A stretch of DNA of 64,000 nt, taken from NCBI GenBank assembly GCA_001442985.1, contig LDYB01000020.1, positions 225,698 to 289,697 on the forward strand. Direction: 5' to 3'. The position numbers were made by a program, and so were the translations under genes. A model generated the notes under the pieces. That model saw only the letters and a program-made list of their open reading frames with translations, was not told the DNA's origin and made no database searches. Shown here piece after piece: positions 7,854 to 19,180 of this stretch; positions within the stretch are counted from its first letter, which is position 1; every line of letters starts with the position of its first letter. The stretch comes from Armatimonadetes bacterium DC. Its GTDB lineage: Bacteria; Armatimonadota; Fimbriimonadia; Fimbriimonadales; GBS-DC.

Positions 7854-8930
7854 ATGAGCGAGCGGAAACGGGTTCTCACGGGCGATCGCCCCACGGGCAA
7901 ACTCCATCTGGGGCACTATGTCGGCTCCCTGAAAAATCGCGTGGCGTTGCAGGACGAGTACGACTGCTATTTCCTGATTGCCGACCTGCACATGCTCACC
8001 ACGCGCCCCACACGACAGGATATCGAGGAGATGCGCACCAACATCCGCGAGATGGTGCTGGACTACCTCGCGGTGGGGATTGACCCGAACAAGTCCACCA
8101 TCTATCTGCAGTCGGCGGTGCATGCGGTGTACGAAATGAACCTGTTCTTCGAGATGCTTGTGACCTTGCCGCGCCTGACGCGCTTGCCCAGTATCAAAGA
8201 TATGGCACGCGCCGCCAATATTGACGAAGAATCTATCCCCTTCGGTTTGATTGGCTACCCTGTGTTGCAGGCAGCCGATATTCTGATGCCCCGCGCCCAC
8301 CTCGTGCCCGTCGGCAAAGACAACGAAGCGCATGTGGAAATCACCCGCGAGATTGCCCGCCGCTTCAACCATCTCTACGGCGAGGTGTTTCCCATCCCCG
8401 AAGTGATGCTCAGCGAGGTGCCCACACTGGTGGGAATCGACGGCAAAGCCAAGATGAGCAAGAGCCTCGGTAACGCCATCTTCCTCTCGGATGATCCCAA
8501 AACCGTCGAAAAGAAGGTGCGCTCCATGTATACCGACCCCAAGCGCATCCACGCGCACATCCCGGGCACGGTGGAAGGCAATCCCGTGTTCATCTATCAT
8601 GACATCTTCAACCCCAACAAGGAAGAGGTGGAAGACCTCAAGCAGCGCTATCGGGAGGGGCGCGTGGGCGATGTGGAGGTCAAAGAGAAGCTGGCGCGCG
8701 CTCTGAACGCTTTTCTGGACCCCATCCGCGAGCGCCGCGCCCAGTTCGAAAAAGAGCGCGGCTATGTGGAAGAGATTATCTACACGGGCACGCTCAAAGT
8801 CCGCCAGATTGCCGACGAAACCTTGGACGCGATGAAGCAGGCGATGGGACTGCGCGGCATCTGGCGCAACATCGAGCGCAAGGCGCGCGAGCGCCACGAA
8901 ATGCTCGCCAAACTGAACCCCACCCCCTGA
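7854..8930 (+). CDS. trpS: Tryptophan--tRNA ligase
   Basis: [20 protein letters not shown] (HIGH-type motif), KMSKS motif ([11 protein letters not shown]). Class I TrpRS, 358 aa. Confidence 0.9.
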   Translation: MSERKRVLTGDRPTGKLHLGHYVGSLKNRVALQDEYDCYFLIADLHMLTTRPTRQDIEEMRTNIREMVLDYLAVGIDPNKSTIYLQSAVHAVYEMNLFFEMLVTLPRLTRLPSIKDMARAANIDEESIPFGLIGYPVLQAADILMPRAHLVPVGKDNEAHVEITREIARRFNHLYGEVFPIPEVMLSEVPTLVGIDGKAKMSKSLGNAIFLSDDPKTVEKKVRSMYTDPKRIHAHIPGTVEGNPVFIYHDIFNPNKEEVEDLKQRYREGRVGDVEVKEKLARALNAFLDPIRERRAQFEKERGYVEEIIYTGTLKVRQIADETLDAMKQAMGLRGIWRNIERKARERHEMLAKLNPTP

Positions 8931-8934
8931 CCTC

Positions 8935-9345
8935 ATGCGCGTGCTGGCAATAGACCCGGGCAATCAGAAAGCAGGGGTCGTGGTGGTGGACTTAACACCA
9001 GAGGGCTATCAGATTCAGTATCGCGCGATTCTGCCGATTGAGGAACTGACGGAGCGCCTTGCAGGACTCCTACAAGCGTATCAGCCCGTGCGCGTGTTAG
9101 TTGGTAAGGGCACTGGCTCACGCCGCCTGATGGCTGCCCTGCGCGAGCGGTTCCCGAATCTCGCGTGGGAGGCGGTAGAGGAGCGCAACACAACCCTGCA
9201 GGCGCGAGAGCTCTACTTTCGGCATCACCCCCCTCGCGGCTGGCGACGCTGGCTCCCCAAAGGCTTGCGTGTCCCCCCGGAGCCGTATGACGACTACGCG
9301 GCGCTGGCGATTGCGCTTCAGGCGTGCAACCCTCAAAGCCGCTAA
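8935..9345 (+). CDS. RuvC/YqgF-like RNase H-fold resolvase-family protein
   Basis: [20 protein letters not shown]-terminus (catalytic Asp in the first beta-strand) and C-terminal [12 protein letters not shown]. Confidence 0.5.
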   Translation: MRVLAIDPGNQKAGVVVVDLTPEGYQIQYRAILPIEELTERLAGLLQAYQPVRVLVGKGTGSRRLMAALRERFPNLAWEAVEERNTTLQARELYFRHHPPRGWRRWLPKGLRVPPEPYDDYAALAIALQACNPQSR

Positions 9346-10022
9346 CCCGCCACCTGCAACAGCCGCCTGCCGTCTTCGCTGCCCAGCAACAGCTCACACG
9401 CCCGCTCTGGGTGCGGCATCATCCCCAGCACATTGAAGCGCTCGTTCGCCACGCCCGCAATCGCATCTACCGAACCGTTGGGGTTCCACGCGGGGTCTAT
9501 TGCGCCGTCGGGACTGCAATACCGAAAGATAATCTGGCGGTTGCGCTGGAGCTGGGCTAAGGTCGCCTCGTCGCACACATAGCGCCCATCGCCGTGCGCA
9601 ATCGGCAACTTCAGCACCTCGCCCTCCCGATAGTGGCGCGTGAACGGCGTCTGCGCGTTCTCCACCCGCACATACACATGCCGACAGCGGAACTTCAGCC
9701 CCGTGTTGCGGGTCAGCGCGCCGGGCAACAGCCCCGCCTCGCAGAGAATCTGGAACCCGTTGCAGATGCCCAGCACCAGTCCGCCACGCTCCGCATAGGC
9801 GCGTACCGAGTCCATTATCGGCGCGAAACGGGCAATCGCGCCCGGACGCAAGTAATCGCCATACGAGAAGCCGCCGGGCACAATAATCAGCCCGTAATCG
9901 TCCAGCGGTCGGCGGTCGGCATGCCACAGGTAGTCCACCTCATAGCCCAGCACATCGCGCAGAGCATGGTAGGCGTCCCGATCGCAGTTGGAGCCAGGGA
10001 ACACAATCACGCCCGCTTTCAC
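9342..10022 (-). CDS. purQ: Phosphoribosylformylglycinamidine synthase subunit PurQ (glutaminase)
   Basis: [12 protein letters not shown] ... GICNGFQIL (catalytic Cys) ... HPE. Overlaps purS. Confidence 0.9.
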   Translation of the reverse strand: MKAGVIVFPGSNCDRDAYHALRDVLGYEVDYLWHADRRPLDDYGLIIVPGGFSYGDYLRPGAIARFAPIMDSVRAYAERGGLVLGICNGFQILCEAGLLPGALTRNTGLKFRCRHVYVRVENAQTPFTRHYREGEVLKLPIAHGDGRYVCDEATLAQLQRNRQIIFRYCSPDGAIDPAWNPNGSVDAIAGVANERFNVLGMMPHPERACELLLGSEDGRRLLQVAG

Positions 10023-10261
10023 TCGTCCACCACCTCGTAGTGATACTGCTCAATCACGGGGTTTGCCAGCAGCTGGCGGCACATCGCCTCAATCTGCTCC
10101 TTTGGGTCGCCGTCAGGCTGAAGCTCCACCTCCAGATATTTGCCGACTCGCACGCCCTGCACCTGCTCAAACCCCAGCTGGTGCAACGCTTCCTGTAGCA
10201 CGCGCCCCTGCGCATCCAGCAAGCCGGGCTTCAGGGTCACGATAATCTTCGCCTTAGGCAT
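10019..10261 (-). CDS. purS: Phosphoribosylformylglycinamidine synthase subunit PurS
   Basis: 80-aa protein. [12 protein letters not shown].....LGF..V..VRVGKY.E is the PurS pattern. Confidence 0.85.
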   Translation of the reverse strand: MPKAKIIVTLKPGLLDAQGRVLQEALHQLGFEQVQGVRVGKYLEVELQPDGDPKEQIEAMCRQLLANPVIEQYHYEVVDE

Positions 10262-10267
10262 GCTTAA

Positions 10268-10297
10268 GATTGTACCTGCCCGACGGGTATGCTATAA
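10268..10297. promoter_or_regulatory. Divergent purS/trpA promoter: back-to-back -10 boxes (TACAAT minus, TATAAT plus) flanking the palindrome CCCGACGGG
   Basis: gattgtacctgCCCGACGGGtatgctataat. Both start codons lie about 7 nt beyond their -10 box, so both genes are leaderless. Confidence 0.5.
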
Positions 10298-10304
10298 TAG
10301 AGCG

Positions 10305-11108
10305 ATGCCGTTAGAAGCGCGATTTGCGGAGCTGAAGGCGCGGGGCGAAGCCGCGCTGATTGTTTACATCACCGCAGGAGACCCCTCTCTGGAACGCCTG
10401 CCCGAAATCTTGCAGATGCTGGAAGACGCAGGCGCCGACATGGTAGAAATCGGCTTCCCTTTCAGCGACCCCCTGGCGGATGGTCCCGTGATACAGGCGG
10501 CGATGTGGCGGGCGATTCAGCGGGGCGTGACGATGGCGCGGGTGCTGGAGCGGGTCGCCCAGGCGCGCGAGCGGGTTCATCTGCCCCTGATTGCGTTCAC
10601 CTACACGAACCCCGTCCAGCGTTATGGATTCGCGCGATTCGCGCAGGATGCGCGTACCGTTGGCTTTGACGCCTGTCTGATGACCGACCTGCCTCCCGAC
10701 GCGGCGGACGAGTGGCTGACACACGCACGGGCGAACCACCTCCAGCCTATCTTTCTGCTGACGCCTACCAGCACGCAGGCACGCATTCGCCTTGTTGCGG
10801 AGCGGGGAGAGGGGTTCATCTACTGCGTCTCGCGTACAGGGGTCACGGGCGCTCGCGATACCCTGCCGCCCGACCTGCCTGAGCTGGTGGCGCGCATTCG
10901 TCAGGAGACCGACAAGCCTATCGCCGTGGGCTTCGGCATCTCCAAGCCAGAGCATGTGCGTCAGGTGGCGCAGTTCGCCGACGGCGCGGTGGTGGGCAGC
11001 CAGATTGTGTATTACCTGCACGAGTATGCCGACTCGCCCCACTGGCGCACGGTGATTGGCGATTATGTGCGCTCGCTGAAACGCGCCACGCAGGAACAGG
11101 AGCCGTAA
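10305..11108 (+). CDS. trpA: Tryptophan synthase alpha chain
   Basis: ALIVYITAGDP ... MVEIGFPFSDPLADGPVIQ ... GFGIS motifs. Start re-set to ATG 10305 from track 10140. No trpB adjacent. Confidence 0.9.
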   Translation: MPLEARFAELKARGEAALIVYITAGDPSLERLPEILQMLEDAGADMVEIGFPFSDPLADGPVIQAAMWRAIQRGVTMARVLERVAQARERVHLPLIAFTYTNPVQRYGFARFAQDARTVGFDACLMTDLPPDAADEWLTHARANHLQPIFLLTPTSTQARIRLVAERGEGFIYCVSRTGVTGARDTLPPDLPELVARIRQETDKPIAVGFGISKPEHVRQVAQFADGAVVGSQIVYYLHEYADSPHWRTVIGDYVRSLKRATQEQEP

Positions 11109-11125
11109 GAGCGAACCCACAGTCT

Positions 11126-12412
11126 ATGCGCAAGTGGCTGATTGGGTGTGGGGTGCTGTTCGGTTTGGTGTTCCTGCTATGTGCTGGGGGGCTGGTGTGG
11201 TTGCTGACACCCCCGAAGATTGAGGTGCCGCCGCGCCAGTATCCGTCCCAGAACGCCTATAAAGTGTATCGGGCGATTGGTGAAGAGATGCACGCGCGTT
11301 TTGAAACCGACACGCGCTTCAAACAGATTGAAAACGTGATTTCAAGAGGTGAACCTGTCTCAAAAGAAGACCGCGACTACTATCTCCAGCAGATAACGCC
11401 CTATCTGAAACGCTACGCTCCGCTGACCCAGCAGCCCAGCAAGGTGATTATGCTGTATACGCCCGACTACCCTTTCCCTGAGCTGGGGCAGTTTCGACGG
11501 CTTGCCCGCGCCGAGGCGTATCTGATGAAGCAGGAGTTGCGCCAGCGACGCTACCGCGAGGCAGTCGCTCGAGCGCAACGCCTGAACCGCCTTGCAGATC
11601 AGATGCGTGAGGGCGGAACACTCATCCACTTTCTGGTGGGGGCGGCGATTAATGCGATTGCCCTGCGCCCCATCCGAGAGGAGCTGCCTCGCATTCAGGA
11701 GCGTGCCGCGCTGGAAGCCCTGCTGAACCTCGCAAAAGAGTATGAGAAGCGGCGCGTTCCAATCTGGCGCTGTATGGAAACCGAAATGCACTGGCACCTC
11801 TCTATCTATCGCGACCTGGCAGAGGGACACATGCGGTTGTCGCAACTTTCCTCCTCTTTTTCAGAAACAGATGGGGGGACTCTGTTCACGCGGGCGCTGA
11901 TCAAGGCTGCGCTTCCCGAATATAAGCGCGTGATGGAGCAAGCAATTGAAGACCTCAAACGCCCCTATCGAGAACGCCCGATAGATACGGACGCCATAGA
12001 GAAGCAGATTCGCCATCCTCTGAACGCCATCCTGCTTCCCGTGTTTAGCCGCCCAAGCGAGATAGAGCTTAGCGAGCTGGCGACCCTGCGTCTGGTGGGG
12101 TGCGTCGCCGCGATTCGGCTTTATAAACAGCGCACAGGCAAGTATCCTGCCTCGCTGGAAGCGCTACAACTGGGCGAGATGGTCATAGACCCCTTCACAG
12201 GCAAGCCGTTCGTGTATAAAGCCGATCCGCAAAGGGGGTTTTTGCTCTACTCGGTCAGCGAGAATCGCGTGGACGATGGGGGCGCAACGCCCTATTTTGG
12301 TTCCGCCGAAAAGCACGGGGATTTATCACCGACGGCGGTCTTACTGCCAAAACACTTGCAGGGCGTGCCTCGTGAACGGCGACCCCTTGCGCCGCCCGTG
12401 TGGTTGCGTTAG
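11126..12412 (+). CDS. Membrane-anchored hypothetical protein with C-terminal GspG/pseudopilin-like domain
   Basis: N-terminal TM helix. C-terminus YPASLEAL ... DPFTGKPFVYKADPQRGFLLYSVSENRVDDGG resembles the T2SS GspG C-terminal beta domain. Confidence 0.45.
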   Translation: MRKWLIGCGVLFGLVFLLCAGGLVWLLTPPKIEVPPRQYPSQNAYKVYRAIGEEMHARFETDTRFKQIENVISRGEPVSKEDRDYYLQQITPYLKRYAPLTQQPSKVIMLYTPDYPFPELGQFRRLARAEAYLMKQELRQRRYREAVARAQRLNRLADQMREGGTLIHFLVGAAINAIALRPIREELPRIQERAALEALLNLAKEYEKRRVPIWRCMETEMHWHLSIYRDLAEGHMRLSQLSSSFSETDGGTLFTRALIKAALPEYKRVMEQAIEDLKRPYRERPIDTDAIEKQIRHPLNAILLPVFSRPSEIELSELATLRLVGCVAAIRLYKQRTGKYPASLEALQLGEMVIDPFTGKPFVYKADPQRGFLLYSVSENRVDDGGATPYFGSAEKHGDLSPTAVLLPKHLQGVPRERRPLAPPVWLR

Positions 12413-12433
12413 GTTTCTTGAATCGGCGAGGCG

Positions 12434-12466
12434 TCGCGAGGGGGGATTGGGCTTTCCCCCTCGCGA
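12434..12466. terminator. Strong hairpin (11-bp perfect stem TCGCGAGGGGG/CCCCCTCGCGA) between convergent genes; probable bidirectional terminator
   Basis: Inverted repeat read directly from the sequence. Sits between the 11126..12412 (+) and hppA (-) stops. Confidence 0.5.
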
Positions 12467-12473
12467 GAGATGA

Positions 12474-15041
12474 TCACTCCGAGCCTTTGCCGCCGACGGG
12501 CGCGGCTTCGCCTGCCTCTTCGGGTTCCTCGGTGGTGTGGTAGCCCAGCTCGTGTTCAATCGTCTCGGCGATCGAGCCGCGCTTGCTCCAGTAGACCGAG
12601 AACGCCAGCGCCGCAACAGCAACCGCGGTGACGGCAATCCGCACACTGTCGGGCAACGGCTGAATCACAATCGGCGCAATCAGAATCGCCACGAGGTTCA
12701 TCACCTTAATCAGCGGGTTCAGCGCGGGACCGGCGGTGTCTTTGAACGGGTCGCCGACGGTATCGCCAATCACGCCTGCTTTGTGGGCGTCGGTGCCCTT
12801 GCCACCGAGGAAGCCGTCCTCGATGCGCTTTTTGGCGTTATCCCATGCGCCGCCGGAGTTCGCCAGCAGCACCGCCAGCAGTTGCGCTGACAGAATCGCG
12901 CCCGCGAGGTAGCCGCCCAGCGCCTGCGCCCCTGCGAACACATACTCGCGCCCACCAATCGTGATGGCGGAAGCACCGATGCTCAAGCCAAAGCCCACGG
13001 CTACGGGCAGCGCAATCGCCAGAATGCCCGGACCCAGCAGCTCTTTTTGCGCCGCCGCGGTCACAATCGCCACACAGCGCCCATAGTCGGGAGTCTCCGT
13101 GCCCGCCATGATGCCGGGCTTCTCGCGGAACTGGCGACGCACCTCGTGGATCATCTCAAACGCCGAGCGCCCCACTGCCAAAATGGAGAACGCGCTGAAC
13201 AGAAACGGCGCCGCACCGCCAATCAGCAGCCCAATAAACACAATCGGCACATCCACGGGCAGACCGCCAAAGGCATCTTTGAGCGCGACGTCATTCTGTG
13301 TGGCGATGTTAATCAGCTCCACGAGGCGCGAATCTTCCACAAACGAGTGGAACAACGCCACCGCCGCCACGACCGCTGTGGCAATTGCGAAGCCTTTGGT
13401 AAGCGCCTTGGTGGTGTTGCCCACCGAGTCGAGGCGATGCACGATTCGGTCGCCCGTCAAGCCGCCTGCGGCAGGCTTGTTGCCCTGCTCCTTAAGCGCG
13501 CCCGACATCTCAAAAATCCCGTTCGCATTGTCGGAGATGGGACCGAAGGTGTCCATCGCCAGAATGTAGCCCGTGGTGGCGAGCAGTCCCAGCCCCGTGA
13601 GCGCGATCCCGTAGAACGAGAGCATCGGACCGCCGAACTCGCCGGGCGGGAAGATAAACAGCGGCGCGAGCAGCGCCAGCGCAATCGAGAAGACCGCCCA
13701 CACGCTCGACTCCAGCCCGTAGGCGAAGCCCTGAATAATCAGCGTGGCGGGACCTGTAGAGGCGGCGGCGGAGATTTCTTTGACAGGCTTCTTCTCGGTG
13801 GAGGTGAAGTATTCGGTGATGCGCTCAATCAGCACCGCCACCACAATCCCGAACGAGGTCGCCACCCAGAAGCGCCACCAGTCCACAACTGTGCCGCCCA
13901 GATCAGGCTTCAGCGTCACATCCTGCATGAAGAAGTATGCAACGCCCAGATTGCCCAGCGCCGCCAGAATCGCCGAGACCCAGAAGCCGCGGTTAATCGG
14001 CTTCATCGGGTTGAGGTCGGCGCGGTCTTCGCCCTTGACCGACTGCACGCCGATAATGGACGCCAGAATGCCCACGCCGCGCACCAGCAGGGCGAACATC
14101 ACCAGTTTCATCGCGCTTTCGGGGGTCAGCACAACGCTGGCAGCCACGCCGAGAATAATCGCGGCGACGAGGGTCACTTCGTAAGACTCGAACACATCGG
14201 CAGCCATCCCGGCGCAGTCGCCGACATTATCGCCCACATTGTCGGCAATCGTGGCGGGGTTGCGCGGGTCGTCTTCGGGGATGCCAGCCTCCACCTTGCC
14301 CACGAGGTCGGCGCCCACATCGGCGCCTTTGGTGTAGATACCACCGCCCACACGCATAAACAGCGCCGCGAGTGAGCCGCCGAATCCGAAGCCCACCAGC
14401 ACGAACATCGCTTTGTCACGGAACAGCAGGAAGATAATCGTCGCGCCGAGCAAGCCCAGCCCGACGGTGAACATCCCGCTCACCGCGCCCGCGCGGAAGG
14501 CGGTCTCCAGCGCGCCCTTGAAAGTCGTCAGGGCTTTCGCCGCCGTGCGCAGGTTGCCCCGAACCGCCATATACATCCCCACATAGCCTGCGCCGTAGGA
14601 GGCGAACACGCCCAGGAAAAACGCGACGGCGATTCCGACCGCGAGCGTCAGCCCCTCGCCGGGGTAAAGACGCTCATACACGGGGCGATACAACACAAAC
14701 AGCCCGACGGTGATTGCCAGCACGAACCAGATCATCGTGCTGATCTGGCGTTTCAGGTAGGCGTTCGCCCCGTCCTGAATCGCCTTCGCGACTTCCTGCA
14801 TCTTGGGAGTGCCGGGGTCCTGCGCCAGGGTCCAGCGCATCAGGTAGAACCCGTAGCCGAGCGCCACGAACGCCATGCCCAGCACAATCGCCAGAATCAG
14901 ATACTCTTGTGAACCAAAGGGTGGGAGTTGCACAGCCTCCGCCGCGAAGACGCCTGTGCTACTCCATAACCACAGAAATGCCAGTAAACCCAGCCGGGCA
15001 AGATTGCCCTGCCCAGCCAAGCAGGCTACTTTCTCTCTCAT
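12474..15041 (-). CDS. hppA: Membrane-bound proton-translocating pyrophosphatase (V-type H+-PPase)
   Basis: [40 protein letters not shown] and many TM helices. 855 aa. Confidence 0.92.
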   Translation of the reverse strand: MREKVACLAGQGNLARLGLLAFLWLWSSTGVFAAEAVQLPPFGSQEYLILAIVLGMAFVALGYGFYLMRWTLAQDPGTPKMQEVAKAIQDGANAYLKRQISTMIWFVLAITVGLFVLYRPVYERLYPGEGLTLAVGIAVAFFLGVFASYGAGYVGMYMAVRGNLRTAAKALTTFKGALETAFRAGAVSGMFTVGLGLLGATIIFLLFRDKAMFVLVGFGFGGSLAALFMRVGGGIYTKGADVGADLVGKVEAGIPEDDPRNPATIADNVGDNVGDCAGMAADVFESYEVTLVAAIILGVAASVVLTPESAMKLVMFALLVRGVGILASIIGVQSVKGEDRADLNPMKPINRGFWVSAILAALGNLGVAYFFMQDVTLKPDLGGTVVDWWRFWVATSFGIVVAVLIERITEYFTSTEKKPVKEISAAASTGPATLIIQGFAYGLESSVWAVFSIALALLAPLFIFPPGEFGGPMLSFYGIALTGLGLLATTGYILAMDTFGPISDNANGIFEMSGALKEQGNKPAAGGLTGDRIVHRLDSVGNTTKALTKGFAIATAVVAAVALFHSFVEDSRLVELINIATQNDVALKDAFGGLPVDVPIVFIGLLIGGAAPFLFSAFSILAVGRSAFEMIHEVRRQFREKPGIMAGTETPDYGRCVAIVTAAAQKELLGPGILAIALPVAVGFGLSIGASAITIGGREYVFAGAQALGGYLAGAILSAQLLAVLLANSGGAWDNAKKRIEDGFLGGKGTDAHKAGVIGDTVGDPFKDTAGPALNPLIKVMNLVAILIAPIVIQPLPDSVRIAVTAVAVAALAFSVYWSKRGSIAETIEHELGYHTTEEPEEAGEAAPVGGKGSE

Positions 15042-15106
15042 GCCGATAGTCCTCCCTTGTGTGTGGCTTAATCAGGTCTTAAATGATACCCGTCCTGCGT
15101 TGAGGA

Positions 15107-17090
15107 TTACTCCAGCACGGTCTGGATGGCTTTCAGCACGCGCGGCAGGTCGGGTAGCACGGCATACTCCAGTTCGGGGCAGAACGGGATATGCACATCG
15201 TACCGCGCGACCAGTTGCGGCGGCGAGAGCAGCAGGTTGAACCGCTCTGGCACACTGGTCATCTCGGTGATAATCGCCTGCCCGAAGCCGCAGGTGCGGT
15301 TATCCTCGTGAATCACCACAAGGCGCCCCGTCTTGGCGAGCGATTCTTCTACGGTTTGCCAGTCGAAGGGCACGAGTGTGCGGGGGTCGATAATCTCCAG
15401 TGAGATGCCCTGCGGCGCGAGCGCCTCGGCAGCCTGCTCTGCCAGCTCCAGCGTGTTGCCCCACGCGACGACGGTGACATCTTTGCCCTCGCGGCGCACG
15501 ACCGCCTTGCCAAACGGCACAGGTTCGTAGCGTTCCACAGGGCGGCGCACACGGAAGATATGTTTCGGAATCAAAATCAGCGACGGGTCTTCGTCCTGCA
15601 CCGCGCTCCAGAACAAGCCCGCCACATCCTCGGGCGTGCTGGGGATGGCGACGCGCAAGCCGGGCGTGTGCGCCCACCAGCCGTCGTTGCTCTGGCTATG
15701 CCACATGCCGCCTGCGGGCAGATATGCGCCATACGGCGAGTAGATAATCAGCGGGCACTTCCATTCGCCCTTGCTCCGCCAGCGGAGCGTCGCAATCTGC
15801 GACACCAGCTGGTGGAAACCTGGTGTGATGAAGTCGATGAACTGAATCTCGAACACGGGGCGGTAGCCCATCGCGGCTAACCCTACCGCTGTGCCCACAA
15901 TCGTGGCTTCCGCGAGCGGCGAGTTCACCACCCTGCCGGGGAAGCGCGTGCTGAGACCTTTCGTGAAGCCAAACACGCCCCCTTTGGGGTCTTCGATATC
16001 TTCTCCGAACATCACCACTTCGGGGAAGGTCTCCAGCATCGCGTGGAAGGTGCGGTTAATGGCAGCCACCATCGTGGTGGGTTCTGGCTCTGGCTCGAAG
16101 GGGATGGGCAGATACTGCGCGGGCGGCTCGCCGTAGAGATGGTCCAGCACATGGGCGGGGTCTGGAAGGGGCACGCGCTCCACTTCCTGATAAATGGCGT
16201 CCACTTCCTGTACAATCTCTTCCTGCATGCGCTCCCACTGCTCGCGCGTGAGTTCGCCGGTGCTGATCAGGTGTTCCGCCAGCAGCTTAATGGGGTCGCG
16301 CTGTTGCATGGCTTCGATCTCTTCGGCAGGGCGATAGATGCGGTGGTCATCCGCGCTGGTGTGGGAGCTGAGTCGGTCAATCTCGCACCAGAGGATGGTG
16401 GGACCCTCGCCGGCACGCGCCCTGCGGATGGCTTCGCCGCTTTTTTCGTACACCTCCAGCGCGTCGCGCCCATTCACAAACATCACCCAGCGCTCGTCAA
16501 ACACGCCGAGCCGCATGGGCAACATATTGCGTGTGGGCGTGCTGATGCCGTACTGATTGTCTTCCACCATAAAGATAATCGGCAGCTTCTCCTGAATGGC
16601 GAAGCAGACCGCTTCATAGAATTCGCCCTGTCGTGTGGCGGCGTCGCCGATATTGCACAGCACCACGCGGTCGTCGCCTGCCATCTTGATGCCCCACGCG
16701 GCGCCTGCAGCGGGCAGACACTGGGCGCCCGTGGGCGTTGCCACCGAAAACACATTCAGCGCACGGGAGGAGTAGTGGGCGGGCATGTTGCGCCCTTCCG
16801 AGCTGGAACCTGCGCGCGCCAGAAAGTCCAGCGCGATTTCGCGGGTGGTCATGCCGCGCGCCAGCATCAGCGCACGATCACGATAGGTGGGGAAAATGTA
16901 GTCATCGGGACGCAGGTGGTACATAACCGCCGCGAGCGCCTCGTGTCCCATGCCGGGCACCTGAAACCAGCCTTTACCCTGACGCATAAGGATGCCCTCG
17001 CGCCGATCGCCCTCCCGTGAGAGCATCATCAGTCGCAAGAGTTCGAGCTTCGGTAGTCCTGTGCGTTCTTCCATCGTTGCGGGCTTCATC
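15107..17090 (-). CDS. 2-oxoacid (pyruvate/branched-chain) dehydrogenase E1 component, fused alpha+beta subunits
   Basis: N-terminal half is E1-alpha with a TPP motif (NIGDAATRQGEFYEA). C-terminal half is E1-beta (FGEDIEDPKGGVFGFTKGL ... transketolase C-domain). Start re-set to ATG 17090 (MKPATMEE, SD GGAGGG); the track's extra 30 aa is UTR. Confidence 0.85.
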
Positions 17091-17203
17091 GCCTTCCCTC
17101 CACGCGGGATTATACCCGACAGTTCCTCAGTGCGGATAGCGCCCCAGCCGTGTGGAAAATCGAGTGTATTGAGGCGCATGGCATGGGGCGCCTGTGCCTG
17201 GGT

Positions 17204-18940
17204 CTACCTATCGTGCGGCGAGGTAAGACGATAACGCACTTCGGGGCTTTTTATCTTGTCAGTTGTTGGTTCAACCAGCCCTTCCTGACGCAAGCGGCGC
17301 AGATGGTAACGCACAGTCGCAGCCTTGATACCCAGTTGCTCTGCCAGCTCTATGGCGCTTAGCTCGCCACCGCTTGCCAGTGTTTGCAGAAGATTCTCTC
17401 GGATTGTCTGTCTTTTCAGCTTAGCAGGCATCCTTCGAGGTATCGCTCGGTCTCCGAGCGTATACACTGTCCAGCGGCGCACTCCGAGCTGCTCTAAAAG
17501 CCCCTTGGCTACCAGATCGGCGAGGATGCGGGTGATTCTGGGCGCATCCAGTGAAGGGTGCAGTCGGCGTACATCTGCATGAGTTACCTGCCCTGTTTTA
17601 TAGGTATAGGCAAGTATGAGCCGCTGCTCATCGGAGAGTGGTATCATTCGGAGAGAATTCAGCCAGTTCACAGTTGGCTCGTCCAGCAGGGTGGCATTTG
17701 TCGCCGTCACTTTGAAGGTTGTCCGCAGATCGTCAAAACGCGGAGGCTGGAGACCAGCCTGCCGCAGTGCCTCTAACATCGAGACAATTCCCGTGCCGCG
17801 ATTCTCACACAAAGTTCGTCCCTCTTCAGCAGGCAAATCTTCCAGAATACGCATCAGGGTCTCGTTGCGTGCTGCCGTTAACCCCGGCTCACCCAGACGA
17901 TCTACCGTGACGGGTCCAAACAACCCCCCTGGATTTTCCACCTCGATTCTGTCAGGGAACAATCTCACCTGCACAGGCGTTCCCTGCGCTTGCGCGGAGT
18001 AATCACGATGGGCTACCGCGTTTACAAGCACTTCCCGTAAGAACTCTTGTGGGTATTCGGGTATCGTTTCCGCAAACAGCCCGCTGACAATGACACGATT
18101 TTGTAGATTGCGCAGGATAACTTTCATTCCACCCATCACCAGATCCACAATCGAGCCTTCTACTTTCACATTCTCCAGGAGCCGCTCACCACGATGTCCT
18201 ACCTGCCCAGCGTGGATAGAGGGATAACGAACCACCGTTAAGTGCAGCCCGGGAAACTCATCTTGGGGAAAGTCGGCAAAGCAAAGATAACCTGCGAGGG
18301 TGGGTGTAAGAACACCTCCTTGTTCTACGACGATTCCAAAGGTTCTGAGCAGTTGCTCGTCTGACCAGTTCTGGTACAGGGCATACGGTTTGTATGTGCG
18401 TACATGCTTAAGAAACTCTTGAATCCGCTCTTTGTTCAAGTCACTAAGCGACTTGCCATGAACAGGCTGCCGATCAAAGCGCGGTCGTTGCCTCCACGAC
18501 AAAAATAACTGCACCTCGTAGTCTGTCAGGCGCCTGTCACCATCTGCAACACGGATGTAGCTCCCCTCTACTATTCCAGCAGGGCGATAATAACAAGGCT
18601 TCTGATCAGCAGACACTTGAGGCACTTCGGCAACCACTACTTGCCTACCTTCTATATCGTAGACGCTAATCACAGGTCGCAGGGGCGGCTCCATCTGATC
18701 ACACAGAGACGCTAGATCTGCCTGGATTTTGGCGGGATTGCTAACGCCGACGACCTCGAAACCCGCAGACTCATCTACACCGAGCAGCAAGATACCACCC
18801 GTTGCGTTGGCGAATGCGGAAAGCGTTTTCCATAGCTTTTCTGGCAGTTGTCGCTCTGCTCGCTTGACCTCTATCTCTCGTAAATCGCAGCCTGTGCGGC
18901 GTAATCGCTCCAGCAGCGCAATCAGCTCGTCTCTCAGCAT
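17204..18940 (-). CDS. AlbA_2 (Schlafen-like) + HATPase_c_4 + C-terminal wHTH protein (COG2865-type putative transcriptional regulator)
   Basis: N-terminus EIEVKRAERQLPEKLWKTLSAFANATGGILLLGVDE is the AlbA_2 signature. Central ATPase-like domain. C-terminal HTH (LAEQLGIKAATVRYHLRRLRQEGLVE). Confidence 0.7.
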   Translation of the reverse strand: MLRDELIALLERLRRTGCDLREIEVKRAERQLPEKLWKTLSAFANATGGILLLGVDESAGFEVVGVSNPAKIQADLASLCDQMEPPLRPVISVYDIEGRQVVVAEVPQVSADQKPCYYRPAGIVEGSYIRVADGDRRLTDYEVQLFLSWRQRPRFDRQPVHGKSLSDLNKERIQEFLKHVRTYKPYALYQNWSDEQLLRTFGIVVEQGGVLTPTLAGYLCFADFPQDEFPGLHLTVVRYPSIHAGQVGHRGERLLENVKVEGSIVDLVMGGMKVILRNLQNRVIVSGLFAETIPEYPQEFLREVLVNAVAHRDYSAQAQGTPVQVRLFPDRIEVENPGGLFGPVTVDRLGEPGLTAARNETLMRILEDLPAEEGRTLCENRGTGIVSMLEALRQAGLQPPRFDDLRTTFKVTATNATLLDEPTVNWLNSLRMIPLSDEQRLILAYTYKTGQVTHADVRRLHPSLDAPRITRILADLVAKGLLEQLGVRRWTVYTLGDRAIPRRMPAKLKRQTIRENLLQTLASGGELSAIELAEQLGIKAATVRYHLRRLRQEGLVEPTTDKIKSPEVRYRLTSPHDR

Positions 18941-19180
18941 GTTCCCACCACCAGCATGTTAAACAGCATGCTAACTTACATGTGAGTATACCATGTCTTT
19001 GACATGCTGCCTAAAATGCCAGCGGGCGACGAAACGCAGGTCCAAGCCACGGATCAAGCAGCACAGGCGTATAGATAAACGCTCAGGATGTGTATGGAGT
19101 ATACGAGCACATCTCAACTCGCCCATTGCGATAGTAGCCGCGCACAGTCGTGAGCGCCATGTTTTTTCACCGCAGGGGAT

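Noticed and set aside
13047-14375. 442-aa plus-strand ORF inside hppA
   Set aside because: Antisense to a textbook V-PPase. Composition is typical of GC-rich shadow frames.
17090-17179. 30-aa N-terminal extension of the E1 dehydrogenase ORF in the track
   Set aside because: It contains the promoter (-10 on the minus strand at 17109..17114) and the SD GGAGGG. The true start is ATG 17090.
18941-19180. Possible small ORFs or sRNA in the 240-bp helicase/glucokinase intergenic region
   Set aside because: The only frames are 25 aa or shorter with no SD. A closer GGTATACT box at 18984..18992 explains the helicase-like gene's promoter. Nothing further is supported.
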